64,000 nt of DNA, from NCBI RefSeq assembly GCF_009914755.1, contig NC_060945.1; one strand, 5' to 3'. Shown here one piece after another: positions 29,516-44,969 of the stretch. The notes beneath the pieces are model-generated. The model was not told the origin of the DNA and did no database searches. It was given only the letters and a program-made list of their open reading frames with translations. The stretch comes from the human T2T-CHM13v2.0 reference genome, Homo sapiens. The first letter of the stretch is position 1, and each line of letters begins with the position of its first letter. Made by a program: the position numbers and the translations under genes.

Positions 29516-30492
29516 TATTTTTTAACTTTTGTTTGTAGTTCAGTGGTACAGGTGCAGTTTTGTTATATAAGTAAATTGTGTGTCACAGGGGTTTGGTGTA
29601 CAGATTATTTCACCACCCAGGAAATAAGCACAGTACCTGATAGGTCATTTTTCAATCTTCACCCTCTTCCATCAGGTAGGCCCTAGTGTCTACTATTCCC
29701 TTCTTCGTGTCTATGTGTATTCAATGTTTAACTCCACCTTACAAGTGAGAACATGGGCATTTGGTTTTCTGCTTCTTTGTTAGTTCACTTAGGATAATGA
29801 CCTCCAACTCCAACCACATTGCTGCAAATGATATGATCTCATTCATTTTTATGGCTGTGTAGTATTTCGTGGTGTATATATACCATATTTCTTTTGTCCA
29901 GTCGACCACTGATGGGTATTTAGGTTGATTCCATGTGTTTGCTATTGTGAATAGTGGTATGATGAACAGATGTGTGCCTGTATCTTTATGGCAGAACATT
30001 TTCTATTCCTTTGGATATATACCCAATGGTGGGATTGCTAGGTTCAATGGCAATTCTGTTTTGAGTTATTTGAGAAATTGCCAAACTGATTTTCACAATG
30101 GCTTAAATAATTTACATTCCCACCAGCAGTGTATAAGCATTTCTTTTTCTTCTGAATCTTGCCAACATCTGTTGTTTTTTGACTTTTTAATATTAGCCAT
30201 TCTGACACGTGTGAGATAGTATCTCATTGTGGTTTTGATTTGAATTTCTCTAGTGATTAGGGATGTTGAGCATTTTTTTTGTATGCTTATTGGCCACATT
30301 TATGTTTTCTTGTGAAAAGTGTGCATTCATGTCCTTTACCCACTTTTTAATGGGGTTGTTTTACTCTTGTTGATTTAAGCTCCTGATAGTATCTGGATAT
30401 TAGGTGTTTATTGGATGCATAGTTTGTAAATATTTCCTTCCCATTCTGTAAGTAGTCTGTTTAATCTGTTGATAGTTTCCTTTGCTCTTCAA
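29516..30492 (-). mobile_element. L1PA (13-16-like) 3' ~1 kb
   Basis: The supplied antisense ORFs give L1 ORF2 C-terminal peptides (EIQIKTTMRY, WWECKL, TWNQPK). Confidence 0.93.
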
Positions 30493-32099
30493 AGGCAACT
30501 ATTTCTGGCCGTTACGTGCTTTATTTTTTTTAATTGTAAAAGTGGCAATTTTTAATTTACAAAATAGAACAAAGAAACACAAAATAGGGTCATCTATGTC
30601 AAGCAATTAATAATTTCCTAAAGAAAGATCAACCTGGATTTCAGAAAAGCACACTAGTCAATTACAGATCGACTTGCCCAAATGATGATTAAAGGACAAT
30701 ATCTGGAATATAGGTTGCAGAATGCCTCTCAAATATCTGAGATTCACACATTCCAGAATACCACGAAAACTAAACAAACAACAAAGCAATACTTAAACAT
30801 CCGAGATTTCCCAGAGCTTGTATAAAATAGCATGCTAACTCACTCTGGAAAGCACAGGCTGTTTATCCTTCCAGATACAGAAGAAAAATTGAATCTGTTA
30901 ACTGCTCTGTCTCTTCTATCTCCCCCTGAATGATCTCCACATTTAAGAGGTTTTTGCTAGAAGATAAAAAAGCATCCATGTGGATATCATTTAATAAAGA
31001 CTCCTAATTTTGTTCCATAAAAAAGCATTTGACTTCAGAAAAGTTGTTATGTTTTCAAATTGTAAGGCTGTTAGTCACAAGCACACTAAGCCAAATATAT
31101 CACCAAGGAAGGGATTAGGTGCCTCTACAAGTGAAATGGTTGAAATTTAAAATATTGCAAAATATTTGAAATGAATGTTTGAAAAGAAACTATCACCAGA
31201 GTAAACATTCTCTAAGACACTCAAACCAGTTTACCCAACACTTATGAATGGCATTCCACACTGATCACTGGTAAATCTCTGTATATTATGGCTTTTGAAC
31301 CCAAACACCTTCAATTTTTCTTAATACTCTGTGTTCTGTCCTGGCATTCCATTCTTACACAGAATTAAAGCTATATGTGGCTGAAAGTGATCTGAAGTAG
31401 CTTTATTGTGGTTAGATTGCACCCAAATTAGATGAAGCACAACAAATTTACAAAAACAAAGTAGAAAAACAGACTCCTTTATTTTTGAATGACCGATCAA
31501 AGACTGTAGAGACATTATAGACCCATGTAAACCAAATTCTGTAGGAGTAATTATGTATAAAAGAGCTTCCAATCTACCTCTCCGTTCTGAGAAATAAAAG
31601 GCATTGCTCAGATAAAATGCAGAAAGTCCAACAACTGTGCTATGTAAAAACCTGGAGGACATCTGGGCTCTGAGTCTTAATCAATTTACAATAATAGTCT
31701 TTCAAGTCAATCTGATCAGTGGCTTTGAGTTGATTTGTATTGTTTGACTGCTGGAATCTCTATTTTTGGATCCCAAGGGCATGGTGATGTCTAAGACATC
31801 AGTGTCCTCTGAAAATAACATGGGTGCTGGCAATGACCGGACCTCAAACATTAAAAAAAAAATGGCGATTAACAATTTCCCATACACTTGCAAACATTTA
31901 TGACATGTTCTTTCATCATTCCTTGTGAATGAAATATGAAAATATAGAAAATCCTACCATTTATTTAACCCCAAATTACTCCAGTCAGATTCCTTTTATG
32001 AAGATTACAGTGCAGATAAAAATATAAAAAGCTTGAGGGCAGTAAGGATGCTATATAATTCTACCTGTAGATCTTTCCTTTCCTAAGTAGTATTAATCA

Positions 32100-32421
32100 T
32101 TTGTGCTGTACTTCATATACAGACCTCACGAAGTCAATCTCCCTGCCTCTTTGCACATTGCTTTGCTTTGACTAGATGTGGACTTGTGACTAGGTCTTCC
32201 TGATGAAGTTTGAGGGTAGGGGGAGACTCCAAGCTCCCTTTTATTCTAGCATGTCAATCAGCAAAATCGGCAGCAAGAAGAGACTGACATGAGTAGAACC
32301 ATGCTTCTCTCAATATGAGATTGACATTAGCTTACATAGGAAATAATAGATAGTATTTTAAGTCACTCAAGACTTTGAGGTTGCTTATTGAAGCACAATG
32401 GAAATCAAACTGGCTGACACA
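32100..32421 (+). mobile_element. Old MLT1 (I/J/K-like) LTR remnant
   Basis: Ends ttttaagtcact..tttgaggttgcttattg..ctggctgacaca. Confidence 0.45.
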
Positions 32422-32812
32422 ATTTTCGTAGCAGAAACTTAAAAATTATTGTTAATAATTCTGATAATAGTAATGGCTTAGAGAAATATGGATATAAAAG
32501 ATACATCTTATACATGCATGATTCATAGTTAAGGAGCCTAGCTTTTCCTCAAGTATAAATATCAATGCAAGCGTCTTACTAGTGAGATTTGTGTTTGCAT
32601 GATTGAACACAAATTGACCCTGAATCCATTAAACAATTTCTTTTATTTTTTTCTTTCTAATTCCACTTATTCTTTCATACATTTAAGTATATTGATTAAT
32701 CAATAAGCATGTTGATTTATAGCACAGATTTTAATGACATACAACCTTCAGTTGATTTAGCACGTTAAACTATATCACATATTAACCAATTGAAGCTCCA
32801 TATATGTAGATT

Positions 32813-34615
32813 GTTTTATTATTAATATATAATTGTTATACATATTTTTGGAGTACACATGATATTTTGATACTTGTATATAAAGTGTAATGATCAAATC
32901 AGGTAACTGGAATATCCGTCATCTCAAACCCTTATTTTTTTCTTTGACTCGAAAACATTCCAATTCTTCCCTTCTAGTGATTTTAAAATATACAATAAAT
33001 TGTTGTTAACTACATCTTCCCTGTTGTACTATTGAATATTAAAACTTATTCCTTCTGTCTATACATCTGTACACATGAACCAACTTCTTTTCAATCTCAC
33101 CCTTCCCTACCCTTCTTAGCCTTTGGTTACCATCATTCTACTCTCTATCTCTGTGAGATTCACTTTTTTAGCTTCCACATATAAGTGAAAACATGTGATA
33201 TTTGTCTTTCTGGGCCTGGTATATTTCACTTAACATAATGACCTCCAGTTCCACCAGTGTTGCTGCAAATAATAGAATTTCATTCTTTTTAATGGCAGAA
33301 TTGTATCGCACTGTGTATATAAACATCACATTTTCTTTATCCATTCATTGGTTGATTTAAACTAAGATTGATTTCATATCTTGCCTCTTGTGAATAGTGC
33401 TACAATACACATGGGATACAGACATCTTTTTGATATACTGAAGTCCTTTATTTTGTTGATGTGCCTAGCAGTGGGATTGCTGGATCATATCATAATTCTA
33501 TTTTTAGTTTTTTGAGGAAACTTTATACTGTTTGTATATTGGCTATATTTATTTACAATTCCACCAACAGTTTAGGAGTGGTTCCCTTTCTCTGCATCCA
33601 CACTAGCATCTATTATTTTTTGTATTTTTAATAAACTATATTAGCTGGGGTGAGATGATACCTTATTGTTGTTGTGATTTGCACTTCGCTAATGATTAGT
33701 GATGTTGAGCATATTTTCATATACCTGTTGGCAATTTATATGTCTTCTTTCAAGAAATTTCTACTGGGTCTTTTGCCATTTTTAATAGGGTTGTTATATT
33801 ATTATTATTATTATTTTGCTATTGTTTTAGTTATTTTTATATTCTGATTGTTAATTTCTTGTTGGATGGATAGTCTGCAAATATTTTCTCCCATTCTGTA
33901 GGATGTCTCTTTTTTCTGTTATCAACAACAGAATGAAGCATTTATTCAATGGTTTCTTCTAGTAGTTTCATAGTTTCGGGTATTATATTTAAGTCTTTAA
34001 TTTATTTTGATTTGATTTTCATATATCATCAGAAATAGGGTCCTAGTATTACTTTTTTGCATATGAAGATCTAATTTTTTTCCACAACCATTAATGAAGG
34101 GACTTTCCTTTCCCCAATGTACATCTGTGGCATTGTCAAAAATGAGTTGGTTGTAACTGTGTGGACTTATATTTGGGTTTACTATTTTATTTTTTTGTTC
34201 TACATGTCTGTTTATATGAGAGTACCATGTTGTTTTGGTTACTATAGTTTTGTAGTATATTTTTAAATCAGATAATATGATGCCTTCAGCTTTGTTCTTT
34301 TTGCTCAGTATTTCTTTGGCTATTTGGAGTCTTTTGTCTTTCTATATGAATTTTAGAATTGAATCTGTAGGTTGCTTTGGGTAGTATTTACAAAATTAAT
34401 TCTTCTAATATATGAATATGGAATATCTTTCAATTTTGTGTGTCCTCTTCTATTTTCTTTCATCAGTGTTATATAGTTTTTATTGGAGAGATCTTTAATT
34501 TCTTTGGTTAAATTTATTTCTAGGCATTTTTTGTAGCCATTATAAATGAGATTGCTTTCTTAATTCATTTTTCAGTTTGTTCACTGTTGGTATATAGAAA
34601 TGCTTTTGATTTTTA
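32813..34615 (-). mobile_element. L1MA (4/5-like) 3' portion, ~1.8 kb
   Basis: gtaatgatcaaatcagg 3' end motif plus antisense ORF2 sequence (gatgttgagcat, ttctcccattctgtagg). Confidence 0.9.
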
Positions 34616-35304
34616 TAGACCCCTAACAACCTCTTCCTCCCAACTTTACATATGCTTGTCATGCTTTATGAGCAAATATAATGCTGTACCAAAGAAAAAG
34701 CCCATCTATCTACCTTATCAACTTAATTAATCTACCAGAGTAGATATGATACTGTTTTGAAAGGATGTGATGAACTTTAGCTTTCTACATATTTCAGTGA
34801 TTACTTCAATTGTTATACAAAATATACATTGCTTTTTGAAATAAATAAAATTCATTTTAAAAAGTTGTTATTTTTCAAAAACTAAACTAAGTTTTATAAC
34901 ATATTGAAATTAAATTAAATTAAATTTAAATTAATGTTAATTTCCATCATATGTGAACCACATTATATAGTAAAGTAAAAGGTCAACTAATGTAGGAGTA
35001 ATGTTTCAATGATGAATACAGTTCTTAGACTTAATAGTGAAAGCATATCTAATCTAGTATTCTAGGAATGCATTACAAGGGATCAGACAAAGGGAAAAGA
35101 AGGCAGCACAATATTTTAAAAACTATCATTAAATAGACATTTAAAATTTTGAACACATAAAAAAAATCCTCCCAAATTAACAATAGCAGCTTTAAACTAT
35201 TAGAGGGAGGGAGAGGGTCTTGCCTTATGAACTGGGAAAGCAGAGGAAGGAGCAGTATAAGATTGATGGTTCTGTTTTGAGGTAAGCATTACAGGATATT
35301 CAAA

Positions 35305-35390
35305 CATTGAAGAAACTTACAACAGAAACTTGAATTCAGCCCTGTCATTGAAGAAACTTACAACAGAAACTTGAATTCAGCCCTGTCATT
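35305..35390. repeat. Perfect 41-bp tandem duplication
   Basis: cattgaagaaacttacaacagaaacttgaattcagccctgt x2, then catt. Confidence 0.98.
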
Positions 35391-35496
35391 TTTCACCGGT
35401 CTCCCCAGGAAAGCACTGACCTGCCTAGGGAGTGAGGAGAAAAGTCTCCTGAGAACCATTCTTTCACATGCATAACCCCTAAAATAAAATTAAACA

Positions 35497-35785
<289 letters not shown>

Positions 35786-36139
35786 TTACTTTGAAGTCAG
35801 CCATACTTGCAATCCCTAATTTCAGTGGATTGCCTCAAAATATTGCCCATTTGGTTTAAACTTATTTCAAAATGTAAAAATATGTCATTCTGTCATTAAA
35901 TTTTGAGTTTACACATAAACTTGAACGAACAAAGTGTAATTGGTTGCTAGATCCATATTCTTCAGATATGAGATCATGACAAAGAATTAAAAATCCTAAG
36001 ATTGTTTAAAAAGAAGATTCAGAATAAAATAAGTTAAAAACCAATGACAAACATGAAATCTTTAATACTTTTGACCAAGGTCAATTTTAGAGTCATTGAT
36101 TATTTGAACCAAAAACTTCATTTGAAAAATGGCAGAGGA

Positions 36140-36465
<326 letters not shown>

Positions 36466-39400
36466 AAAAATATCAGAGGAAATACACTGGGGAAAAGTAA
36501 TGACCAATATCTGCCATCTTAGCATAGCCCACAACAAAATCAGATCTCTCATTTATTTTTCTTAACAGTATCTGCCTTCAGTTTAAGAATAATAGAAGTT
36601 TTTCTGAATATATCTTTTAATGTCGGTCTTGTCTATTCGTTTAACTTCACAATGATATAAAGTTTCATGGTATCTTTTACTTTCCTCTGTTCCCTTCACC
36701 CCAAACACGCTATACAAAATAAAACCATTTTTTATGTCTTTTCTAATAAGAGGTTATATACAATGTCAACACCTGCATTTTTATGTTAGAGGTTAAATCA
36801 GAACTTAGGGTTAACTTGGAGCACTTCCTGTCACCTTAGTGGTGGGGTGCCTCTTTTGAAAACAGAATAAGACAACTTCTGATTCCAACTCTGCATACTG
36901 AGGAGCAACTGATGATTTATTTCTGTGTCCCAGGTCCCAGAGGAAGGCTGGAGAACAGTCAAGTTGTTGTTCCCGACATCAGTGGTTTTGGCAATTATAG
37001 CATAAGAGAGAAACAGTCACAAGTTGAAAACATAAGCCAGTTTACTTTTTTAAATATTGCCACAAGAAAATAACTCACCTATTAATAAAAAAAAGTGGAC
37101 CTATAGTTAAAATTATATTTATAGCTTGATCTTGATATTGTCTTTTTTCCTAAAAGAATGTTTTCCATATAATTTACTATAGTGTTTCTTTGAAAAAATA
37201 TTAAAAATAATTAATTTATATATTTATGCAAGGAAGTTGAAGAGCTCCTGCTCAAAAATGGAAATTGGTGGCTACTTTGTATTGATGAATGTGTAGTTAT
37301 AGTATTTAAAATATGATTCCAAAGACTGCATAAGAGAAATTAAAATTTGATATTAAAAATGGGTAAATAGAAGTATTTCAAATTTATTTTCTGGTTGACT
37401 TCAAAATAATACTTAAAAGTTAAAACTAAAATATGGCTTTTACTTCATCATATAAGCTTATGTTTGGCTTAAAAACTGGTAAATTCTATTGAATTATAAA
37501 ATTTGTGTCTTGTTCTGTTAAGTTAGCCTTGGCCTCAGAGCAATAGTTTGCATAAGCAGTTGGAAGTGTTCACTTTTTTTTTTTCTAAATCTGAGGTCAC
37601 TCTTCCGCCCAACTAACTAAATTTAATGTTGAAACCTGTATTTAACTGTTAGTAACTAAATACACAACAGAGTTTTCAGTCATCTAACACTTAATATTAA
37701 CTTCTCAAACAGTTGGCCTTAACATCATAATTTGAAGCCCCCAAAAAATGGATTTTTACTTAATATCTTTCAATCAATATCCAGTAATATCATTGTTTGA
37801 GAGAACCTGGATTTTGACAGTTCCTCAATACTATGTTTCATATGCAATGGAAAAATATGATATTAATTGACAGAAATATATAAAATCCAGATAGATCTGA
37901 TGTGCAAATTATAATTTAATGTCTTAATTGATACTTTGAAATAATTTTATTTACCTCAAATACTATACTCATAACTATCTCTTCTAGAATCAGAGAAAAC
38001 ATAAGAATATTTTCTGGTTTATTCTAGCCCTTCAATAAATCGATTAGATAATCCTCTATTCAACACTGGACCTATGGAGGGCCAATGGAGCCCCTCCAAG
38101 TAAGATTGAAATATTCCAAATAAACTAATCCTACGTGGATGCAATCTTTGCACTCACAATTTGTAAACTTTGAATTGATATTAGACATTAGAACACAGTA
38201 GTACGTGTTACAAGCTGCCTCTCCAAAATCAATGCCTTCACTATAGAACTTGCCTGAAGCAATGACTAAAACCAAGATTATCTCTGAACCATCAGAGATA
38301 GAAAATTCTGGGATGATTTCTACGTTTTGTGTTTTTGGAAGGATGAGTTATTGTGTCTCATTATAGATAATGAGACTCATTGTTTGGACGGCAAGTTATG
38401 GAACCCATCAACATACAAATTCTATGGTGAAAGGAACCATTACTTTAAGTGACTTATGTGCCACTTGCTGAGTCAAATTAAATGATAAATCAACTGCTAA
38501 AAGAAAAAATTGCACAAACTATTTATAACCTGAAACTTGGGGCTCGACTCACTGATATGTAAGACTTATCTGCCCAAACACTAAATTTCTTGCTGTTAAT
38601 GCATTTCCTTGTCTATCCACATCACTTCTTCATCTCATTGAGTCTTTGGTTTTCAGACACTCTATTATTAACTTACTCATCATCATTTCTACTCTCATAA
38701 AAAGCCTGTTTTCATTGATAGTCACTGAATAAACACATACTGAGGACCTGCCATATTTCAAAGGAAATTCACAAAGGATGAAACTGACAAGCAAGAAATG
38801 CACAGGGCCCTAAGGTGACTTGGAGGCTTTCAGATTAATGCTGTGGTAAGAGATGACATCACATTTTGAGAAATGACAAGCTTCCACTAAGAGTTAGGAT
38901 TTTCTCTTTGTACTCCTCCTTTCCTACCTGTACTTTACAATTGGAATAATGACCAAGAATAACATAGAATGAAACTTGGCTTCATAAATAATAACAATTG
39001 AAAAGAAGCATTTATAGAACATTTATTAAAACTAAGTAGGTGAGCACAAACTGAATAGTTCTACTTAAAAATTAATAGACAGATATGCTTCTGTATCTTG
39101 GTAACAGATGTCTTAAGTTAAATTGACATGACATGAATTGTACTTTCAGTTACTTCAATGATGGAGTATCCATCTTTTAAAGATTACTCTGCATTGGCAC
39201 CTTCAAACTAACTTGGCATTGTTCCTCTAAATGTCCTTGGCTCAAAATGTTTTACAATAAACTTCTAAGCCAGTGCAGGCAGAATCTTGGCTTTTATGGG
39301 ATCTGCCTCTGCCCACTTCAGGATACGTGTTATAATAAGCAGACACGCTGTTTTTTCATTATTAATAATTTAGCATATTCTTTCATATCTACCAAACATC

Positions 39401-40452
39401 AACGTTTAATTCCAATTTTATTTTGTAAACACAAGTTTATGTAAACACTTTTTAATACCTGAGAATTTGCCTTGCCTTTAAAAGCAGAAGCACAGAGAAA
39501 AGAAGAAACAAGATGAAGGACTAGGTCAAAATGACTACAATTAAAGGCATTGAAATTACATTGCCAAGCTTTTTTGTTTGGTAATTATCTGCTTTGTAAT
39601 TTTGGGAAAATAATCTCCCTCTTCCAATATTATGTATTATTAAATGGTAATTTTATATAGTTTATTTCTTGAGATGTTTCCTTAGTCATAATAGAAGTGA
39701 AAAAGTTCAAATGCTTAATAGCATTTCACTTTTACATTTTTTATCATCATACTTTTTATTTTTTCTCTATATCTGCGTAATTTCATTTATGTTTATACAA
39801 ACAAGAAAATCACCCTGCTTTATGGAACTTCTGAGTATTTAATTCATCTTTATATCAACTTATTTTATATATGAGCAAGTAAAATGCAAATATAGAAATA
39901 TGTGCCACAATTAGACATCATTTAAATTATATTTGAATGGTCAGATTTTTTTTGTCTCACTAAGCATGAACAAATGATGGTGGGTTTTCATAGAGAAGGT
40001 GTCTGGGCATTGCAAATGTGCAGAGTTCTGACAGTTCAAAGGCCTGTGCCATTGGGAAAAGCTAAAGCTGCCCAAAGTCAATTATTTACTCCTCAGCAAA
40101 GACTGTAAAGAAGCACAATGAACATGATAGTGGTCTGTAGGCCTAGTTGTGAACTAAAATAACCTAGGAAATTTTAACAGTCTCTGATGCCAAGTCTTAT
40201 TGCTAAACTCTGATAATTGCTCTTAAATTCATTAAAGAATATGACACTTGAAATAAACTTGGAGGTATATTAAATACATTTACTGTTAGGAAGAATGATG
40301 TGGAATTGGCAACATTTTATTATGTGTTGAAATTAAAAGGCAATTTCTAGTTAATGACATTTTATGCAATTTCATTTCTCAACAGGGGCCTAGAAAATGA
40401 GGGCAATCTTACAACATTTATAAACATGTCGTTCGCGGTTAATTCTTAAAAT

Positions 40453-40835
40453 ATTTTTTATTATACTTTAAGTTCTGGGATACATGTGCAGAGCATGCAG
40501 GTTTGTTACATAGGTATACACATGCCATGGTGGTTCGCTGCACCCACCAACCCATCATCTACATTAGGTATTTCTCCAAATGCTATCTCACCCCTAGGCG
40601 TCCACCCCCTATAGGCACTGGTGTGTCATGTTTCCCTCTCTGGTCTTGTGTTCTTTTTGTTCGGCTCCCACTTATGAGCGAGAACATGCGGTGTTTGGTT
40701 TTCTGTTCTTGTGTTAGTCTGCTGAGAATGATGATTTCCAGCTTTATCCATGTCCCTGCAAAGGACATGAACTCACCCTTTTTTATGGCTGCATAGTATT
40801 CCATGGTGTATATGTGCCACATTTTCTTTATTCAG
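40453..40835 (-). mobile_element. L1PA7/8-like 3' end
   Basis: ttatactttaagttctgggatacatgtgcag; antisense ORF reads MWHIYTMEYYAAIKK. Confidence 0.93.
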
Positions 40836-41959
40836 GGTTAATTTTATTTCTCCATTGAGTTAATCAGGCATGTCTTTCCTGAAATTAGGACTTGTCTATG
40901 ATTCTGTAAGTGTACAATAAATAAATTTTAAAATAGTTTTAAAAATCACTACATTAGGAAAAAAAGAGATAAATTAATAAAGATGAAAATTTAAGTCATT
41001 GAGTCCTCCTGTAGTATCTATTATGGTATTCAAATATATATAACTTGAATTGTACTGAAAATTCAAATGCATATAAAAAATTATTTAAGAGTTGGAAATA
41101 AGACAAAAATTGGGTGAAATAGTTTTTTTCAGTTGTTTAGTGGGATTGTTTAGTTTTCTAATAATAATACAGTTATGTTTGAAAATGATTTATTATTTGC
41201 TCAGAAGCTACTATGAAATTACATATTAACTTTAAGATTTCTTCCTAAAAGAGATTATATTCCTGAAGATTATGTGTCATTGTCATTTCACATCTCCCAT
41301 AGAAGTCTTATGCTAACATTCTTTTCTCCAAATGTCTAGAAATATCCAGTTTCTCAAATATTTTTGACCCATCTTTATCAACTTAACTGGTCTGTCATTA
41401 ATCAGTTGAATACATTTTTGGCACATGTCTATTCTGTTTCTATGTGAATCTTTTTTTAACTTTTTGAAATTTTACTTTGAAAACAATGCCTATGTACATT
41501 GCCAAACTATGTTAAAATGAAAAGGGACAATTTTCTCACATCTTAACAGGCAATATACACAGGCATTCAAAAGATTCTAATCTATTTAACTATTTATTAT
41601 TATATTGATAAGAGCATTTTTGATGTACGTGCATCACTGTTTTATTTTTCATGTATTTCAATATAATTTAAAACATCATTTTATCTTTTTTATGAAAAAT
41701 TAGATTTAGTATTCACAAGGATGAGAAAGGAGTTTTACAGTCTTACTGGGTAACCAATATTCACTCATAGATATCTAAGAAAAGCATTGCTATAATCAGG
41801 TCATAAACAATCATTTAGTCAACACGTCCATGGCTCTGCTTCAGTGGCCCAAGTCTATCTGGGAGTCATAAGCAAGGGGTTCCCGACATGCTTCATTTTG
41901 GGATGAAGAGGAAACATTTTTCTAGTTTGGGCTTTACTATATTGAAATCAATACACTGA

Positions 41960-42353
<394 letters not shown>

Positions 42354-42785
42354 TCAAACTATTTGTTTTATGAGATACTACCAGTCTTCCTCCTTAAACC
42401 TCTATATCTGATCTCTCTTACATTTTTCTACTGTGGTTGTCCATCTATCTGTTTGTGTAGCAGTGTCTCTATTTGTGTCTCTTTGTTTTCTTTTAGTTCC
42501 ATATCTTTATGTTATTATTATGACCATCATTATCATCTTAGTCATAACTACCATTAATAAACCAATAATTGTGCTAGACCCCTTATATATATATATTAAA
42601 ATTGATCTTCGACATATCACTGCAAGATATATGTATATGCAGGTGTGAGTCTGAGTGTATATAAAATAAACCTTTTTAGATGAGATACCATGCTCAAGGA
42701 GATTAAACACATTGCTCATGATCACGCTGCTAAATATCTACTAGAATATATCTCACAGTGGCTAGAAAAAAATGGGCCTACTAGG

Positions 42786-42950
42786 GCTGTGATTCTCAAA
42801 TTTTAACTGTGCATGCAAAGAATCTGGGGATCTTTTTAAAATGCAGATTCTGATGAAACGAGTTCAGGTGGTTGCCTCAGATACTGCATTTCTAACAAGC
42901 TCCTCCATAAAACCATTGCTGCTAATCCAAAGCCCATACTTGAAGTAGCA
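42786..42950 (+). mobile_element. MER5B
   Basis: ttctcaaatt..aaaatgcagattctgat..ctgcatttctaacaagctcc..ttgaagtagca. Confidence 0.75.
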
Positions 42951-43106
42951 CAATACATAGGAGCAATAGATCAGGAAAACTGCCCTTTGATTCAAACCTG
43001 AAGAAGTACTCAGGAGTACACTGTTGTTACTAATTACTCAGCCTTGGTTGGTACGTTGTCAAAGATCAAAAAACATTTTTAAAGATAAAAAAATTATTGG
43101 AAGGTG

Positions 43107-43725
43107 TGTAATGAAGGGTTAATTCTTCAGACATGGCTTTCCAAAACCTTGCACATTCCAAAGGTCTTCGGGACTGGCTCTCGACAAGCTCCTGGGAGAT
43201 GATAACCTATGAGCCCTTGGTATATGCTGCCTGATGAGAGTCTTCGTATACCTGAAAACGTAGGTCATACCAAATAGCTGATGCTAACAACATGATTTCT
43301 TGTGAGCACCTGTTTCTGTATGCCTATGACTTTGTGTAATGCCATATTAATATGACCTCTCTTAGGGCATAGGGAGGTTGGGAACTAAGTAGCTAAGTTC
43401 AGTCACAGGACGCTCGATGCATATGTGGTGGAATCCTAATAAAAACCCTGGACTCAAGACTGACTGAGCTTCCCTAGTTGGCAACAAGTTCACACATGTT
43501 GTCTCACACCACTGTAAAGAAAATTAGTCAGTGTGAAGTCCCCACTATGAAAGGACACCTGTAAGCTCACATCTGGTTTGTCCTGGACTCAACTTTATGT
43601 GCTCTTATGCTTCTGATTATTTTAATCTGGTTTCTTTCACTGTTAGAAACTATAACCACAAAAAAAATCAGCTTTCTTGAGTTATGTGAATCATTAAACC
43701 AAAGGGGGACTTGGGGACCTCCAAT
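43107..43725 (+). mobile_element. MER77/MER21-group LTR
   Basis: ttgcacattccaaagg..gctcctgggagat..ctgcctgatgagagt..aataaaaaccctggac..gagcttccctagttggc..ttggggacctcc. Confidence 0.75.
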
Positions 43726-43789
43726 AAAAAGTATATATATTCTTAAAAAGAAAAAGAAAACTGGCTATAGCAGATATTGTTGATGACTT

Positions 43790-44220
43790 GTCTTCTATGT
43801 CCTGGACTCAATGTGTTCACCTGAAATTCACCTGTTTCCAGCTAACTGAGAGCTCCCCACATCATGCCTGTCTTTCTGATTTTTGGGCCTCCTGCAAGCT
43901 TCTTGAGGGTAACCAGTGTTTCTCAACCACACATAGGAACGAAGAAGGAGTTAGGGGTGGAGAGTTAATGATTCTAAGGCAATCCTTAAGCAATAAGAGA
44001 TGGGGATTCCAGCATCCCCATCTCTTTGTAAAGTTATTTTGAGACAATCTCCATACCTCCGTCATTACTGAGCACATAGCAGTAACTACTTATTCACACT
44101 GGCTTCGTGTTCTGTTTCATTTTCTCCACTTCCGTGCTTTCTCACTCAATTTCTGATTAAAGTATCTGACCCCAAATATTTGTTTCATAGTCTATTTTTG
44201 AGGGAATCCAGAGCCAAGAC
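43790..44220 (+). mobile_element. Old ERVL-class LTR remnant
   Basis: Ends attaaagta..tttttgagggaatccagagccaagaca, an ERVL LTR-type 3' terminus. Confidence 0.4.
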
Positions 44221-44969
44221 AATAACAATGGGAGCTTTGCAATGAGGGAGGGTGGGTATAATCATCAGAAGGGTACCTACCTCACTGGGAACATGAAGGC
44301 CAGGAGAGCTTACTGTTTCATTGAAAGAAACATGTTGAATCTCAGTTGAATACCTATATATATATATATGCAATAAGTCGTGCCCTTTACTTATATCAAA
44401 GGAAAGTGCTCTTTACCTCTCTTTGTTGTTGTGTTTTTATCACTATTGCCTACACAAGCAGAATATCATACCCAGGATTTAAAGCCCTGTCTGCAGGATT
44501 TTCAAGCTCATGTTTTTATCATAAGTCACTCTGCTTCCATGTGTTTTAAATCTAATCCTCATTCCTCTGCTTTTACACCAGAGAATTCATCACTGACTTA
44601 TTTTTGACTGACCTCCTTATAGAGCTGTCAAGTACACAATTTCTGCTGTGACCTTTCTCTTAGAGTTCAGTCATATAGCCTCTCACTAGAGATCATCTCC
44701 TCTTATCTTTCCTAATAATGAATTGTCAGTTAAAACTCAACATTTTTAAGATTGAGCTTACCATCTGCACACACACACACCATTATTGGTGTATTCTCAT
44801 AGCCTTGAAACACTAATGTCATGTTGATGTCTGCCTTTTCTTTCTCTGCTACCTCATCCCTCATCCTTAGATTATTCTAAAAGATTCAATTAGATCAAGT
44901 TGGCTAATTATATTTTTCAGATCCTCTCTACCCTTACCAATTTTTTGTTTAACAAATTTTATAAATTTC

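Noticed and set aside
30682-30740. C/D-box snoRNA-like ATGATGA...CTGA
   Set aside because: No terminal stem or recognisable antisense guide; such motifs are expected by chance.
36500-40400. Repeat-poor AT-rich stretch as a conserved non-coding element
   Set aside because: Conservation cannot be judged from one sequence, and I saw no distinctive structure.
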